Under the pieces are notes generated by a model. It saw only the letters and a list, made by a program, of their open reading frames with translations, was not told where the DNA came from and searched no databases. DNA of 64,000 nt from Tubiluchus corallicola (lineage: Eukaryota > Animalia > Priapulida), in NCBI GenBank assembly GCA_030141605.1, contig JAQGDQ010000214.1, forward strand, positions 312,105 through 376,104, read 5' to 3'. Made by a program: the position numbers and the translations under genes. Shown one piece after another: positions 52,456 to 64,000 of the stretch (its first letter is position 1; each line of letters opens with the position of its first letter).

Positions 52456-52652
52456 TGACGGCGCGTCCAGACTAGAGAGTTTTCTCTCGCGAGTTCTGTC
52501 GCAAGTTTTGCTGAATGTCAGATCGTGCTTACTGTCGGAGAGAACTCTCAGCAACACTTGTCGAGAGAGCTCGTAAAGCCATTCACACTTGCGAGTTTAC
52601 TCTCAGAGAGAAAACGCGCGAGAGAAAACTGCCTGGTCTGAACGCGCCGTCA
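52456..52652. mobile_element. Short GC-rich MITE with long TIRs
   Basis: TGACGGCGCGTCCAGAC...GTCTGAACGCGCCGTCA (16/17 inverted match), extended inward by AGTTTTCTCTCGCG / CGCGAGAGAAAACT. Confidence 0.8.
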
Positions 52653-55600
52653 TGTTCTTCACAAAAATGGCTGAACCGGCTGCTCATTAACTTGTAGTTA
52701 CGCAGAACGGACGAGAACTTTCCTAAACCGCAATTTTTCTCAAATTAGTGAAACACGACAAAACACGTACTTACAAATTAAGTGGCACTGTCTTTACTCA
52801 ATTCGCTGGATTCCATTTACCATTTAGCAACTACTTATGATCCACTGATCCTTCACTATTGACGGCCAGACGAAGTTTGCAATCTTGAGCCAGAATGTAT
52901 AACAGCTCTTCTTAAATTAGCTGAATGAATGCAGCGTGTAAGATGACGTTGTATGATGAAGACCATTGGTATGACTTGATTACTAATTGCTCACTACAAT
53001 CTGTGCAACAGTTTAAGTGTTATCCAGCAATGACAGTAATGAATTTCCGATTTCTCTTGTTGCTACTGGTGCTGCCAGAGTATGCACAGTTGCACAACAA
53101 ATTTAGAAATTTGTCATTATGCTTTATGCATGTTTTCAAAAATTGCGTAGTCGACATTTGACGAGCAATCAAAAAAGATTCATCAAAAATTGGAATAGAA
53201 AAACTTCATGGGCGCCATCAATTATACCATACTGGGCGAATCAATTTACGACACCAGTTAGTGAAGCATTAAATACAGAGGAAGTAAAGCCCAATTTAAA
53301 AGCATGCATGCAAAAACTAATGACAGCAATGCATGAAACTAGGGAACCTAATTGCTTTAATGATTTTTATAATACAGTTGCTATTTTTCCAACTAATTGC
53401 ACCCCAGAGGTTCCGCCAATTACAATTCTGGCGGTTACGTTTGAATTCAATTACCCACAAGGATCACGTGACTCGGAGAGAAAAGTGGGCGGAGCTTTAT
53501 GATGCAGGAGGTAGTAGTAAGTGACGCAAGAAAATAAGGCCATATGTATGGGTTAAACTGAAACTGTGACTTGTAATAGTATAGAACTAAAACTGCAGAA
53601 AAGATAAAAGACAAAAAACTGATTGACACCAACAAATTCTGTACATTATACAGGCGTCGATGACTGCTAGTGTTAAATAGGTGGCAATCGAAGCACTATG
53701 AAGATCTATTTTTATAACTTAAACCAGTTTAAATCAGTGTTAAATTAAAGCAGTCTTATATTACTGTTTTCTTCAGAATAGTAGGCAGAATCAGAAAACA
53801 AATTTGGAGCAAATGACATACTACGATCGTCGATTCATCTGTCTGCCGGCGTATGCCCTAATAATGCCCAATAATGATGAACGCCATAATGATCACAACC
53901 GTCAAATTAGCATTCATGAATTGCAGATATACATATGCAATGCGTCTTCTTGAGAACAGGGAAGAGGATAATGTCGCAAACAAGCCACAATTACAATGCA
54001 TGCAGTTGCATGAGATAAATTAGATTCAGCGGCAACGCAACAATAAGAAATACGCAAGCAAGAGAGACGAAGTGTTCAGTATCATATAACATTACAAACC
54101 CAAAATTGAACGACATCATAATTTTTTGCAACCTTTCTAAGTGCAGTTAAGTCATTTAGTTCACAAGAAAAGTTTTTAATCGTGTTGCTTTATAATAAAA
54201 TAACGAAAAATTGAGTCTGCATTAGAACCACGTACGTATGTTCATCCCAATTACAGTCGGGCAGTAAACAGTGGCCTACGTAGAAGCTAAAAATCATAAC
54301 ACAAATACTTTGACTATTGTTTCTCGAAAATACCACTGCATGATATAACATTAGATCAATGAGTCAGAGGGGAGCTTAATCCCAATCAAGCACATAATGC
54401 TGCTGTAATCACAAGTAACAGCCGCATTAGCTTATATTAGACGGCGCATTACACTGGCTAGACTTGACTGCCTCTCGTTAGCACATATTGTTGCAACTTG
54501 TAAATTAACTATCACCAATGTAAACTACAATACACTTAATTACTACACTATGTGTGTAAGCATAAATATACTTAATAAGTGGTTTCAGGTTTCATCATAC
54601 TGTAATAAATACTCGAGATATTGTAATTGTCTCTATAACGTCATTGTACATATGTATTTCTAAATTTAAAAGTACATGTTATCAGTTAACACTAACTAAT
54701 AACTAAAGTTAAGGGCAAGGGGAATACTAAACAAGTCTAGCTGGTCAAAGTACTCTTAATTAATAATTAGTTACCACATTCTTAACCAAATCAGTATCGT
54801 AATTACCGTTTAATATGAATTAATGGCCGACAGAATGTTGCCTCTTTTTAATTATAACTATTTGCATAAAGTATTCAAATCTATTCACGAAGGACAGCGT
54901 TATTAATTTCAATTAAAATATATATACCATAATATCCTAATAATTTTATTATACGTTGCGATGCTCCAATCATTATGAGCAAATAACACGGATTTTTTAT
55001 AACACGTTGAAATAGTTATTTGCATAAGCCTATAACTGTTCGATTATTTTTAATTTGCGACGATAATCATGTACACGTTATGTGATGAATCGGTTTTTAA
55101 CATGAGAGTTAACACTCATCGCGTATATTACTGCATGTATTATCATTCAGTAGCATGTTAATAGACTATAAAGTTGAGGGTGCAGGTACGTGAACGTTAC
55201 TGTTAGCAATTTACATGTGCAGAAGACCTACGGATATTTCATGGGTTAAAGGATGCATCCTCATGTTATCATATCCCAGCTTTTTCGGATTCATAGCAAT
55301 AACAGGCCTGGGCTTCTCTAGGTTCCATTTCAAATATAATACCACAAATGTCGTGTATAATTAGCCCGTTGAGTGAAGTTTCATTCACGGATTGAGTAAA
55401 AGAAGGTTTCCGCAGCTTACGACGTAATTAAAGGACAAGAAAAGGGGCACCTGAAATAGATTTCAGAAAAATCGCCTTAAAAATCATATTGCTTTTTAGG
55501 AATTTTATGCGTATATCGTACTCGTATTGAAAGGAATTTCATTTTAAATTTCCCGCAATACTGTTCCGAAGTTGCCTTTACATGACGTCACTACGAAAAC

Positions 55601-56651
55601 GTAAATCAGAGGAAGAAAAGGCAATGTTAAATTATGTCCCAAAAAATTTTCCATGCAAATCTATATTACTTTGCTTTTCGCTTACTTGCTGGAAAAACTT
55701 ATGTAACTAGAAAAGAAAATTTCTAATTATTTAAAATGTTTTTCACAAATTGGTGAGATGTCGCTGACTCACTCTCCAGAGTGCACCACTCACTAACCAA
55801 AATGGTATTTTTAATCTTATTGACAAGATACAGTAATTTAAAATTTTACTCAGTTAGTGGCGTGTGCGCTACGAATTATTTTTTCAAAGTTTACAAAATG
55901 TTATCTAAACTTGCTTCGAATGACCTGTCGTCAAAATGGCTGCGTCTAACGGTCATCGCGGGAGTTTAAATTTACACGTTTTATACAGCGTGACTGCCGA
56001 TTGAAGTCCTGTACGTAAAAAGGCAATACGTAAAGTGATATAAAATTTCAAGACGTATTTTTAAGCTATATGTTTATGAAGGGTTTTCTTGTGCTTTAAG
56101 TCAACAGCGACAACAATTAGCGTGAAAAAAACGAAGCGTCTCTGGAGAAGTCATCCACATCATCTCAGACGCATTTGGCAGCGCCCGTCATAAATGAAGC
56201 CAAAGACTATCGGGAGTCCGTCTTGCCAGATTTATCCGATTAACCGTCCAGCACAAAACACATAAAAAAGATTAACAGCGCCAACCAATGATTCATAAAC
56301 AGGACAGACAGGCAGGACAATCCCAGCGTTACAGACAAATTTGGTCAGAAAGATAACATCACTGGAGAAAAACGTCCAAGGATGAGGATTTGTGAGTCAG
56401 AGGATATGATTTCCCAAATATGATCTTCTTTGCTGTGTACCACTACGGGCTGGTACAGAATTAACTAAAACGGTGCAGTGATACAAATATAATCAGCAAG
56501 AAATATAGGGAACGGTAACAAAATAAGAAGACAACAGTGACGTGGGCCTGCAACCAGAACACGAGCGTGTTATTTTTTAAACTTCTGAATTCGTTATTAG
56601 TTAAAGAGCCACAAAGATGATTTGGGAGATTTGGTGATAGAGCTTTACTGA

Positions 56652-57202
56652 CAGGCTGCATAAGATTATGGATATCCATAAAATAAGACCAAAAATCCAT
56701 AAAATAAAATTTGAAAAATCCATAAAATAAGAAATGCATAAAATAAAAAAAAAATTTGTGATTTTTTGTACAAAGTAACGAGTTGTAAGCATTGGCAACA
56801 CTGAAAACGAGCGTTAGAAAGAGAGAAAGAAAACAAACCAACAAAAGCGCATTTCCGGATTTGCTATTTTACATTGTTTTTTTCTCATTGTCTTTTTGTT
56901 ATCAAGATGGCGAGGTTTCAACCAAAGCATGACCTGAAGTTCGGCCTGAAAATAACTGAGAGAGACCCAGCCACCAGAGACGTACTCTCTGTAGACTAAT
57001 AAAATTAAAACTAAGTCCTGCGTGTTTAAAAACACGTTTCAAGCACTCCTGTTTTTACTTTTTAATTGATTTTCCCCTAGGCATCTCGTTCCAGATATAG
57101 TCTATTTCTTATTTTATTGATATCCATAAAATAAAATTTCAAAAATCCATAAAATAAGCTATTTTATTTATTTTATACATATCCATAATCTTATGCACCC
57201 TG
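56652..57202. mobile_element. Non-autonomous DNA transposon with 24-bp TIRs and ATCCATAAAATAA subterminal repeats
   Basis: CAGGCTGCATAAGATTATGGATAT...ATATCCATAATCTTATGCACCCTG (23/24 inverted match). No clean TSD seen. Confidence 0.8.
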
Positions 57203-58344
57203 GAGCCTTTACAGCATGTCTCACAATCGTAATCATAATCATAATCATTTGTAACTATAAAAAATGTGCCAAAGTTAGCTAAATAGCAAATACGTCAGAT
57301 ATCTTGAAAAAAAATAACTTCTTTTCACTTTTGCCTGACCGACAATAATAGTAAACTTTTACAAACTGATTACACATTATCATCATTATTACGCGCACAT
57401 AGTCAAATCTATACGAATTTACAAAAATCTTTGAAATTCGTTTGCACGCCATAAGCTACTCACATTCGAATCTTCATTACCTTTTCCGTATGACAAACTA
57501 GAGAGTATCGCCACCGAGTACACAAAAATTGTTAATCAACCTCCGTTACATTTGGTCGTCAACTGCGTCATACTTTTTGTGTTGTCAAGTCAAATAATTT
57601 GCTGAACAAAATAGCAAAAAATATAAAAAGAAATAAGAAATAATGGAAACTAGTACGACAGCAATGAAAGTGGATCTCTAAAGCTGCTTACAAACTTGCG
57701 ATAAACACCTTTCAAAGTCGAAAAAAGCGTGATAATGTTTGCTATATTAAACAACACGCAACATAGCAAAAATTACTCACATTATTAGACCCTCAGCACA
57801 TTTACGAACTCTTTCATGTACACACTCACAGCACATGTAAAGACCCACCGCATAGTCCTCGCCCACCGTTGCGTCATCCGTGCTGGTGAAATAAATTCAC
57901 TTGTTGATGCAGGTGATACAAATTCACAATGCGAAGTAGCTCAGTGCAATTCAGCATCAACAATACAGAGCTTATGCAAAAATCATTGCATAATGGAAAG
58001 TTAGCTTTCGTGTGGGAGAGTAATTATATCAACAGGTGAAACAGTAGAATAACACAGGTAACACGGGTCTGGTAAAGCCTACAACAAAGCGAAACGCAGT
58101 GCGTATGTTATTTTAACAGAAAATAATAAGCCAAATGAAATGCATGTAAGGTGAATCAGACCTTGTAGAAACAAAAACAGATTACAAAAGGCGCCGTTCG
58201 TTTAATTTGGCGAGTGAGTGCACGAATTTTAATTGAAGAAATTAAAATTTGCTGGCGCAGTAATTACCCTACAAAATGTTAAGTTATATACATTGCAATT
58301 ATTAATACTTGTTATTGACTTGTGATAAAAACAGCAGTAACTGA

Positions 58345-58381
<37 letters not shown>

Positions 58382-58385
58382 TATA
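58345..58385. repeat. (TTA)n/(TTATCA)n microsatellite
   Basis: Directly visible. Confidence 0.8.
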
Positions 58386-59979
58386 ATTCTTCATTTAAAT
58401 TTAAAATAACATGCATGTACAATATTTACAAATATACAATACAGAGACCCTCTATTTGCAGGGTATAGTTATCAGACATTTAAAAAACTTTTATCAATAA
58501 AATTTGCTATTACATTCATAACAGTTTAATATACATGTACTAATAGATCATAGATTTCGTTCATAAATTAGTATAAAAGAACAAATAAAATGAAATAGCA
58601 CCACTTTACACATAACGACCTGCATAATGTAAAAGTGACTGGGAAAAGAATAATTACATGTGAGCAAATTTGTTATGTTTCGCAAAGTTTGATAATTTAT
58701 ACTAACTAAAGTTTGCAAAAATTGATCATAAACTAACTCAGTTAAAGCAACTAGCAGGTTTTTGTCAGGAGTGATATAAATTTTACTACTGTTCTGAAAC
58801 TGCAAAATATTTGCGAAAATATTAACCTTTTATTTTCATCTACCAGAGTACAATTAGAATTAATTAAGCAGCAACTGAGGCAACGCTTTGATTTAAAACA
58901 ACTAGAACAGGCGGCAATAAGTACTGGAAACTGAAAAAAACCAACTCGAAATGAATAACATTATTAAAACGATTAGAAACACTGCTTATGAATTTGAGTA
59001 ATTTGCCAGTATTTACGTGTAATTTGATACTCTATTTGTGTAACTTGGTGCTAAAGCTGAACTGAGTAAGATGCAGTCGCTTATGTTGAGTGACTTGATG
59101 GTCAAAGTTGAGTAATTGAGAGGATTAATTAGCTCAATGTGAAGCAGTGGGTTGCGATTGCGGTCATGCCGTTGGAAAATGCTAGTCATAGATAGCTTGA
59201 ATTAAACTAGTGATGTGTATTAATTTTAAGCGTTTTCGCTGTAGGTCAAACTGAGTAACTAAGTTGAAATGTACCATATTTTATTGCTAAAAAAGTCAAA
59301 ATATTTATCATCGCGATAACGACGCCGAAAATCAAACCACCGTACAGCACTGTTTTAAACACCTCAGAATACAGTTAATTCTTGAACTTTAAATTCCGAA
59401 TTCATCAGTACGAAAAAAGGGAAAACTCACCAATGAAAATCCCGCTGAAAAAACAAAAAAGATGCTTTCCAAAAATTGCCTGGATTGCGTTCCGTTAACA
59501 AGCAGCCTTTGTTGTTTTAGTGCAGGGCTTTGTGAGTTAAGAAATGTATTAAACGAAGATCAACAAGATAGCGGAGGCGGCAGTTTTGCGCGCTCAGAAT
59601 TTCAGAAATTCCCACAGGAAACTCGGCAAACTCTGTAGCAAAGCGCTTGCTAGACTTTTGAGATGACAAAGTGGTAACCGAGACTTTAAGCAACAATGGT
59701 TGTATGTACAACGACTGTGTAAATTCTACAATCAAGACCATTTTCCAGTTCTTAGACAATGATTCAAGGATTAACATACAAACCAGATCTCCTGGCAAAA
59801 AGCTGGTAAATGTATTCTGCCACGCAGACTGTCCAATTTGTCGATCAAGTTTAGTAAGACAAAACAAAACGTGCGGAAAGTAGGCAGGCGTGTATTTCTC
59901 ACCTGCTTGAAATATTGCTAAGAGTTTCATTTAATGCTCAACCCAGTTCGTAACATAATAACATCATCTGACTGAAAGC

Positions 59980-59987
59980 GAGAGAGC

Positions 59988-60021
<34 letters not shown>

Positions 60022-60026
60022 CAGAG

Positions 60027-60094
<68 letters not shown>
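59980..60094. repeat. (GA)n microsatellite
   Basis: About 115 bp interrupted GA tract. Confidence 0.95.
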
Positions 60095-60098
<4 letters not shown>

Positions 60099-61164
60099 AG
60101 AGCAGAAAGATGGACAAAAAGAGGGGGGGGGAAGACAAGGAAGAATTTGTGTCAGTTTTTTGCCTTAAACACAATTTTCCACAGAATTTTTACTCTTGGT
60201 CACAGAGTATTCTTCAAGATCTACAAGGAGACTTTAACGTAGTCAACCTAGGCCGCTGAACGTTAACATTGTAGCTGTCGCCCATGCTGCAAAACTGGTG
60301 TCATTATCACCCATCACAATGTCTCCAATTTCCGATAGTACAATATTATGCTACAGAAAACGAATTAAGTTCTTTATAAAGCAACGACTGAGCAGTATGG
60401 ATGATTTCGGTTGACACAGTCTGTCAATAACAAATTTAGGTTACACGAATCAATCAGCTTCCTAAACTATGCAACGTTGACAAGTCGATACCAATCTCGG
60501 GTTTCCCTCGGCAAATCATTACTGTGTTGCCTAACCATTTAGCAATGTTTAGCAAACTGTCTTACGATGCTTCACCAACAGGACTTTGATTTAATATTTG
60601 TGGTCGTTAAGTACACGTTGCCACTTACCCAAGTATACTGGATCAATGACCTGAATTCGTAGATGATTTGCCAGATCCTAAATACGAGGTATTATCCAAT
60701 TTGTATAACACAACAGTGGCCAAAGACGCTGAGCACAAAATCACAAAAGGTGCTTTATAAAATTAATGTTTCTTCAAAACAGGTTATCATTAACCCATAA
60801 GACTGCTGGGAAGCATTGTTGAAATCTTTCCTTTGATGAAATCCCCAGTTGCAGTCAGAGTTTCACCTTCAGAAGACGTGCACAGACTGCACATGAGAAG
60901 AATAAAGGTTCGGTTGAAAAATCACGCTGTTGAATGCATGCAGTTGGATATAAATCAAGAAGTGCAAAAATGGCCATAAATGCGCATGAATTTTTAACCG
61001 TGTATTGTACGATTACGAAATGTAAAGTACAGCATTTACAAGGCTTTCAATTCAAATACAATGTTACTTTGAACGACAAAGAATTAGAAAGAGTAATTAG
61101 GGCATTTATAACAAGTACGGAAACGGCAACACTAAAATTAGATCGTAGTCGGACTATTTTTGTG

Positions 61165-61352
61165 ATCCAGGTGAAAAAGTCACAGACAAATTGTCACATG
61201 AAAAGAGGCACAGGAAGAAAGAAAATGCCCTTACACTCAAAAATCCTAATTCTAACCCTAACCTTTAACCCTAGCCAAAATTAATTGACTTCTTTTCCTG
61301 TGGCTTTTTTCCTGGCCAAAATTGTGAGTTTTTCCTGAGTTTTTTTCCTGCG
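61165..61352. mobile_element. Fold-back MITE related to 37660-37832
   Basis: ATCCAGG..AAAAAGTCACAG...TTTTCCTGTG; telomere-like core. Confidence 0.6.
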
Positions 61353-64000
61353 GCTGGGAGAAGGGACAAAAATTTGTTCATCTGCTGTTCAGTGGTTAAA
61401 ACTTCTTATAAAGACTGCTGGCAAACCTTGTTACATATTTAGTAAGTACAGACTGACATGGTTGATTTTGCTAGAAGCGTTTTAAACGAGACTGCAGCCG
61501 CGTGCCGGAAGCTGAATTAGTGACGTCTCAACGGGAGGCTTTTAAGAAAATCTAATTAAAACTGCGCTGGCAGAGACATCTTTAAGGGACAGCATTATGT
61601 TGCAATTTATTTCCTCATATCAGAAAATCAGCATAAATGTCATTGTAACATTTATGGGACAAGAATTTTGGAACGCTACGCAATTACGCAATATGCAATT
61701 AGCTACTTATGGCACAATCAGTACGATGTATATGCACTGTGGAATAATACTTCCCACAATATGAGAATTCCATAACACACCATAGGCCACTTTGCGTCAG
61801 TTCACCAATGCATTTAATTCAAGCATTTTGGAACGTTGAGAACAAGGTAGTATACCACCAAGTGAACGTACTTTGGAGCAATTGTCAATAATAAATACAG
61901 TATACACATATACAACATACTTATAACAAGTACTTATTTAACAATCACGTACTAGTAATGGTACAATTTTTGGCAATAAAACGTGTTTCTGATTTTGATT
62001 TTTGAATAAACTGAAGTGTTGGAAAGTGGCACAAAATGCTATCAAGTGCGTATTATAAATTGTACACGCGATATTATCTACTATTATTATGTAAAATCCT
62101 TAAACAGGATAGAACTGATTGAGCACAGCGCTCGTTTACAACAGTGTTCTATGCAAAGAAACAGCGTATAATAATAATCATATATTAGATCTATAAGCAT
62201 TGAATAGTACTGCGAGCGGCTTCAAAAGGTGGCCAAAGAATTTCTGTTATACAGTATTAGGTGGGATAGCGTTAACTGTCGCAAGTGTATAATTACTTTA
62301 GTGCACTTTCAAAGCTTTTTTTCAATGCTGTCTAAGCAAAAAATGACTTTTTATGAAGATTTAGTAAAATTAAGTTAAACATTATCGTTTGCAACCATTA
62401 CTGACAATGGTCAATGGTCATGCAACCTTTAGAAGCTGGCGTTTTACCTATCTGTTATGTGAGGATGTTACAACTAATTAATTTCTAAAGGTAAACGTAA
62501 TAAAATCTAATTTCAGCGTCGACAGGCATTTCGCTGCGTTAACGTCATCTTCGCATTATTCTCGCAGGCAGGCAGCTCATTTCTGTAAGGCACTCGGGCA
62601 AGAATGTCACCAGACGCTTTCAAAACGAACAACAGAGTGGCTATAGCTTCAGAGTTTACTATTTATTCAGGAAATTAAAATGGGAAAACAGTGAACCTTA
62701 GTGAATAGCTCGAGTGTGTGTGTCTGTGTGATTATAACCTCGGGCTGGATTTCACAAGGTACCGAACATCCATAGCGACAACTACGGTACCACATTCCAA
62801 ACAACTTTTGTCTGCTGGGGCAAGCGTTGACTTGGAAACAAGCCATAATCCGCCATCGAAATATGAAGACTTTCTCAGACACTGTATTATAAAGTGTGCA
62901 TGGGAAAGCAAGGTAGACTGTGTTTTGATATATCTGGGAATGAAATACGGAAAATGTCTTCGAGTATTAAAGTTTAGACGATAAAGTGCCGCCCATAGCC
63001 TACGGTCAGAATGCTTTTAAACATAACATGGGGGTACAGATTACAGAATGGTACCTTTTTCTTAGCTTTTTTGGGCAGTTACAGAAGGTAGCAGAAAGAT
63101 ACTATTAGCTATAGCAAACTTCATTGCTGAGTTCAATGGCTTGATTACATAGACAGACGGATACAAAGCATGTGCTTCCACACGGAAACTCATTCTTTTT
63201 TCATATCTGATTCTGCCGAAAACTTGTTCTCCAGGTAAACGTTTACACTGCAGAAGTTTTCCCATGGTTTTATATAATCGAAATTAATTCGTTATTATTT
63301 CAGAAGGGACTGCATGAAAAATTAGCACAGGATCACGAAACTATAAGAAACCGTTTAGAGTGTTTTGTAGGATCGATTCGTTTAATCGCGTGTACGTACT
63401 CAAGCAGGGACTGCAAATCTGTTGTTAAGAATGTCTGGAGGCAACTATTCCTTAAACAATTCATCAGGATTACTGGAGTGTCTGGAGACATTTGAATAAG
63501 TGCTTTTCAGTTTGTTTAATGTCCACGTAAACAGTGCATGCAGGCATTACGGATTATATACGCATATGACCGTTGCTAAATGGCGATCATATGTGCTAAA
63601 ACCAACAAAAACAATTATCTCAATATCGATGACGCCACCATCGCCGCCATTGTCTTCGACTTCTTGAGCGTTGTATCTCTTAAGAAAAACTGTAGGTCAC
63701 TTTTTCATCGATCAACAAACTCTTGTAATAACTGCCTCCCAAATAAATTACAAAAATTAGTAGGTCTTTGTACCAGCTACATTTGACAAAACATAATACC
63801 TCGTCATTACTAGTTTGGCTTATTTGTAAATCTAATCTTTTTAACACGAGTCAATGTGCAAACGGCATTCCTTTTTGTCTATGTGGAAATCGCCACTAAG
63901 CGACCGTTATAACTCCAGATAACAAAAAACTGAGGTTGAATGGCAAGCGACACTTTGCACTTAGAATTATCGAAAAAATCTCCGCCATGGTGTTTTCACT

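Noticed and set aside
59517-59930. 137-aa minus-strand ORF as a Caskin exon
   Set aside because: No ankyrin or other motif, ends in a stop, and no strong phase-1 donor was found.
59938-60174. ORF with LSLSLS hydrophobic run
   Set aside because: Translation of the (GA)n microsatellite.
61250-61275. Telomeric repeat or telomerase template
   Set aside because: Degenerate CTAACCC core lies inside a fold-back MITE with a related copy at ~37740.

Overview
AT-rich, intron-rich invertebrate animal genomic DNA. It is eukaryotic, with no operons or CRISPR. Four protein-coding genes were reconstructed exon by exon with consistent splice phases. (1) DNAJC7/TPR2 on the minus strand; its 3' end runs off the window start. 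(2) CPSF4/CPSF30 on the plus strand, head-to-head with DNAJC7, carrying two zinc knuckles. (3) A Caskin-like scaffold on the minus strand (SH3, two SAMs, Pro-rich region, Caskin tail), tail-to-tail with CPSF4; no ankyrin exons were found in the 29 kb upstream of the SH3 exon. (4) A complete 5-exon gene nested antisense in a Caskin intron, encoding signal peptide, single CUB domain, Ser/Thr stalk, transmembrane helix and a tail with ITIM-like and YxxM motifs. Introns hold a young 5'-truncated L2/CR1-group LINE, an older LINE relic, several MITE families, tRNA-derived SINE-like fragments, a 40-bp minisatellite and microsatellites. Best leads: the nested CUB receptor; a highly base-paired element in CPSF4 intron 1 that coincides with a stop-containing cassette exon; a palindromic two-way poly(A) signal between CPSF4 and Caskin; and several candidate alternative first exons that could give ankyrin-less Caskin isoforms. 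All coordinates were read by eye and no searches or folding programs were run.
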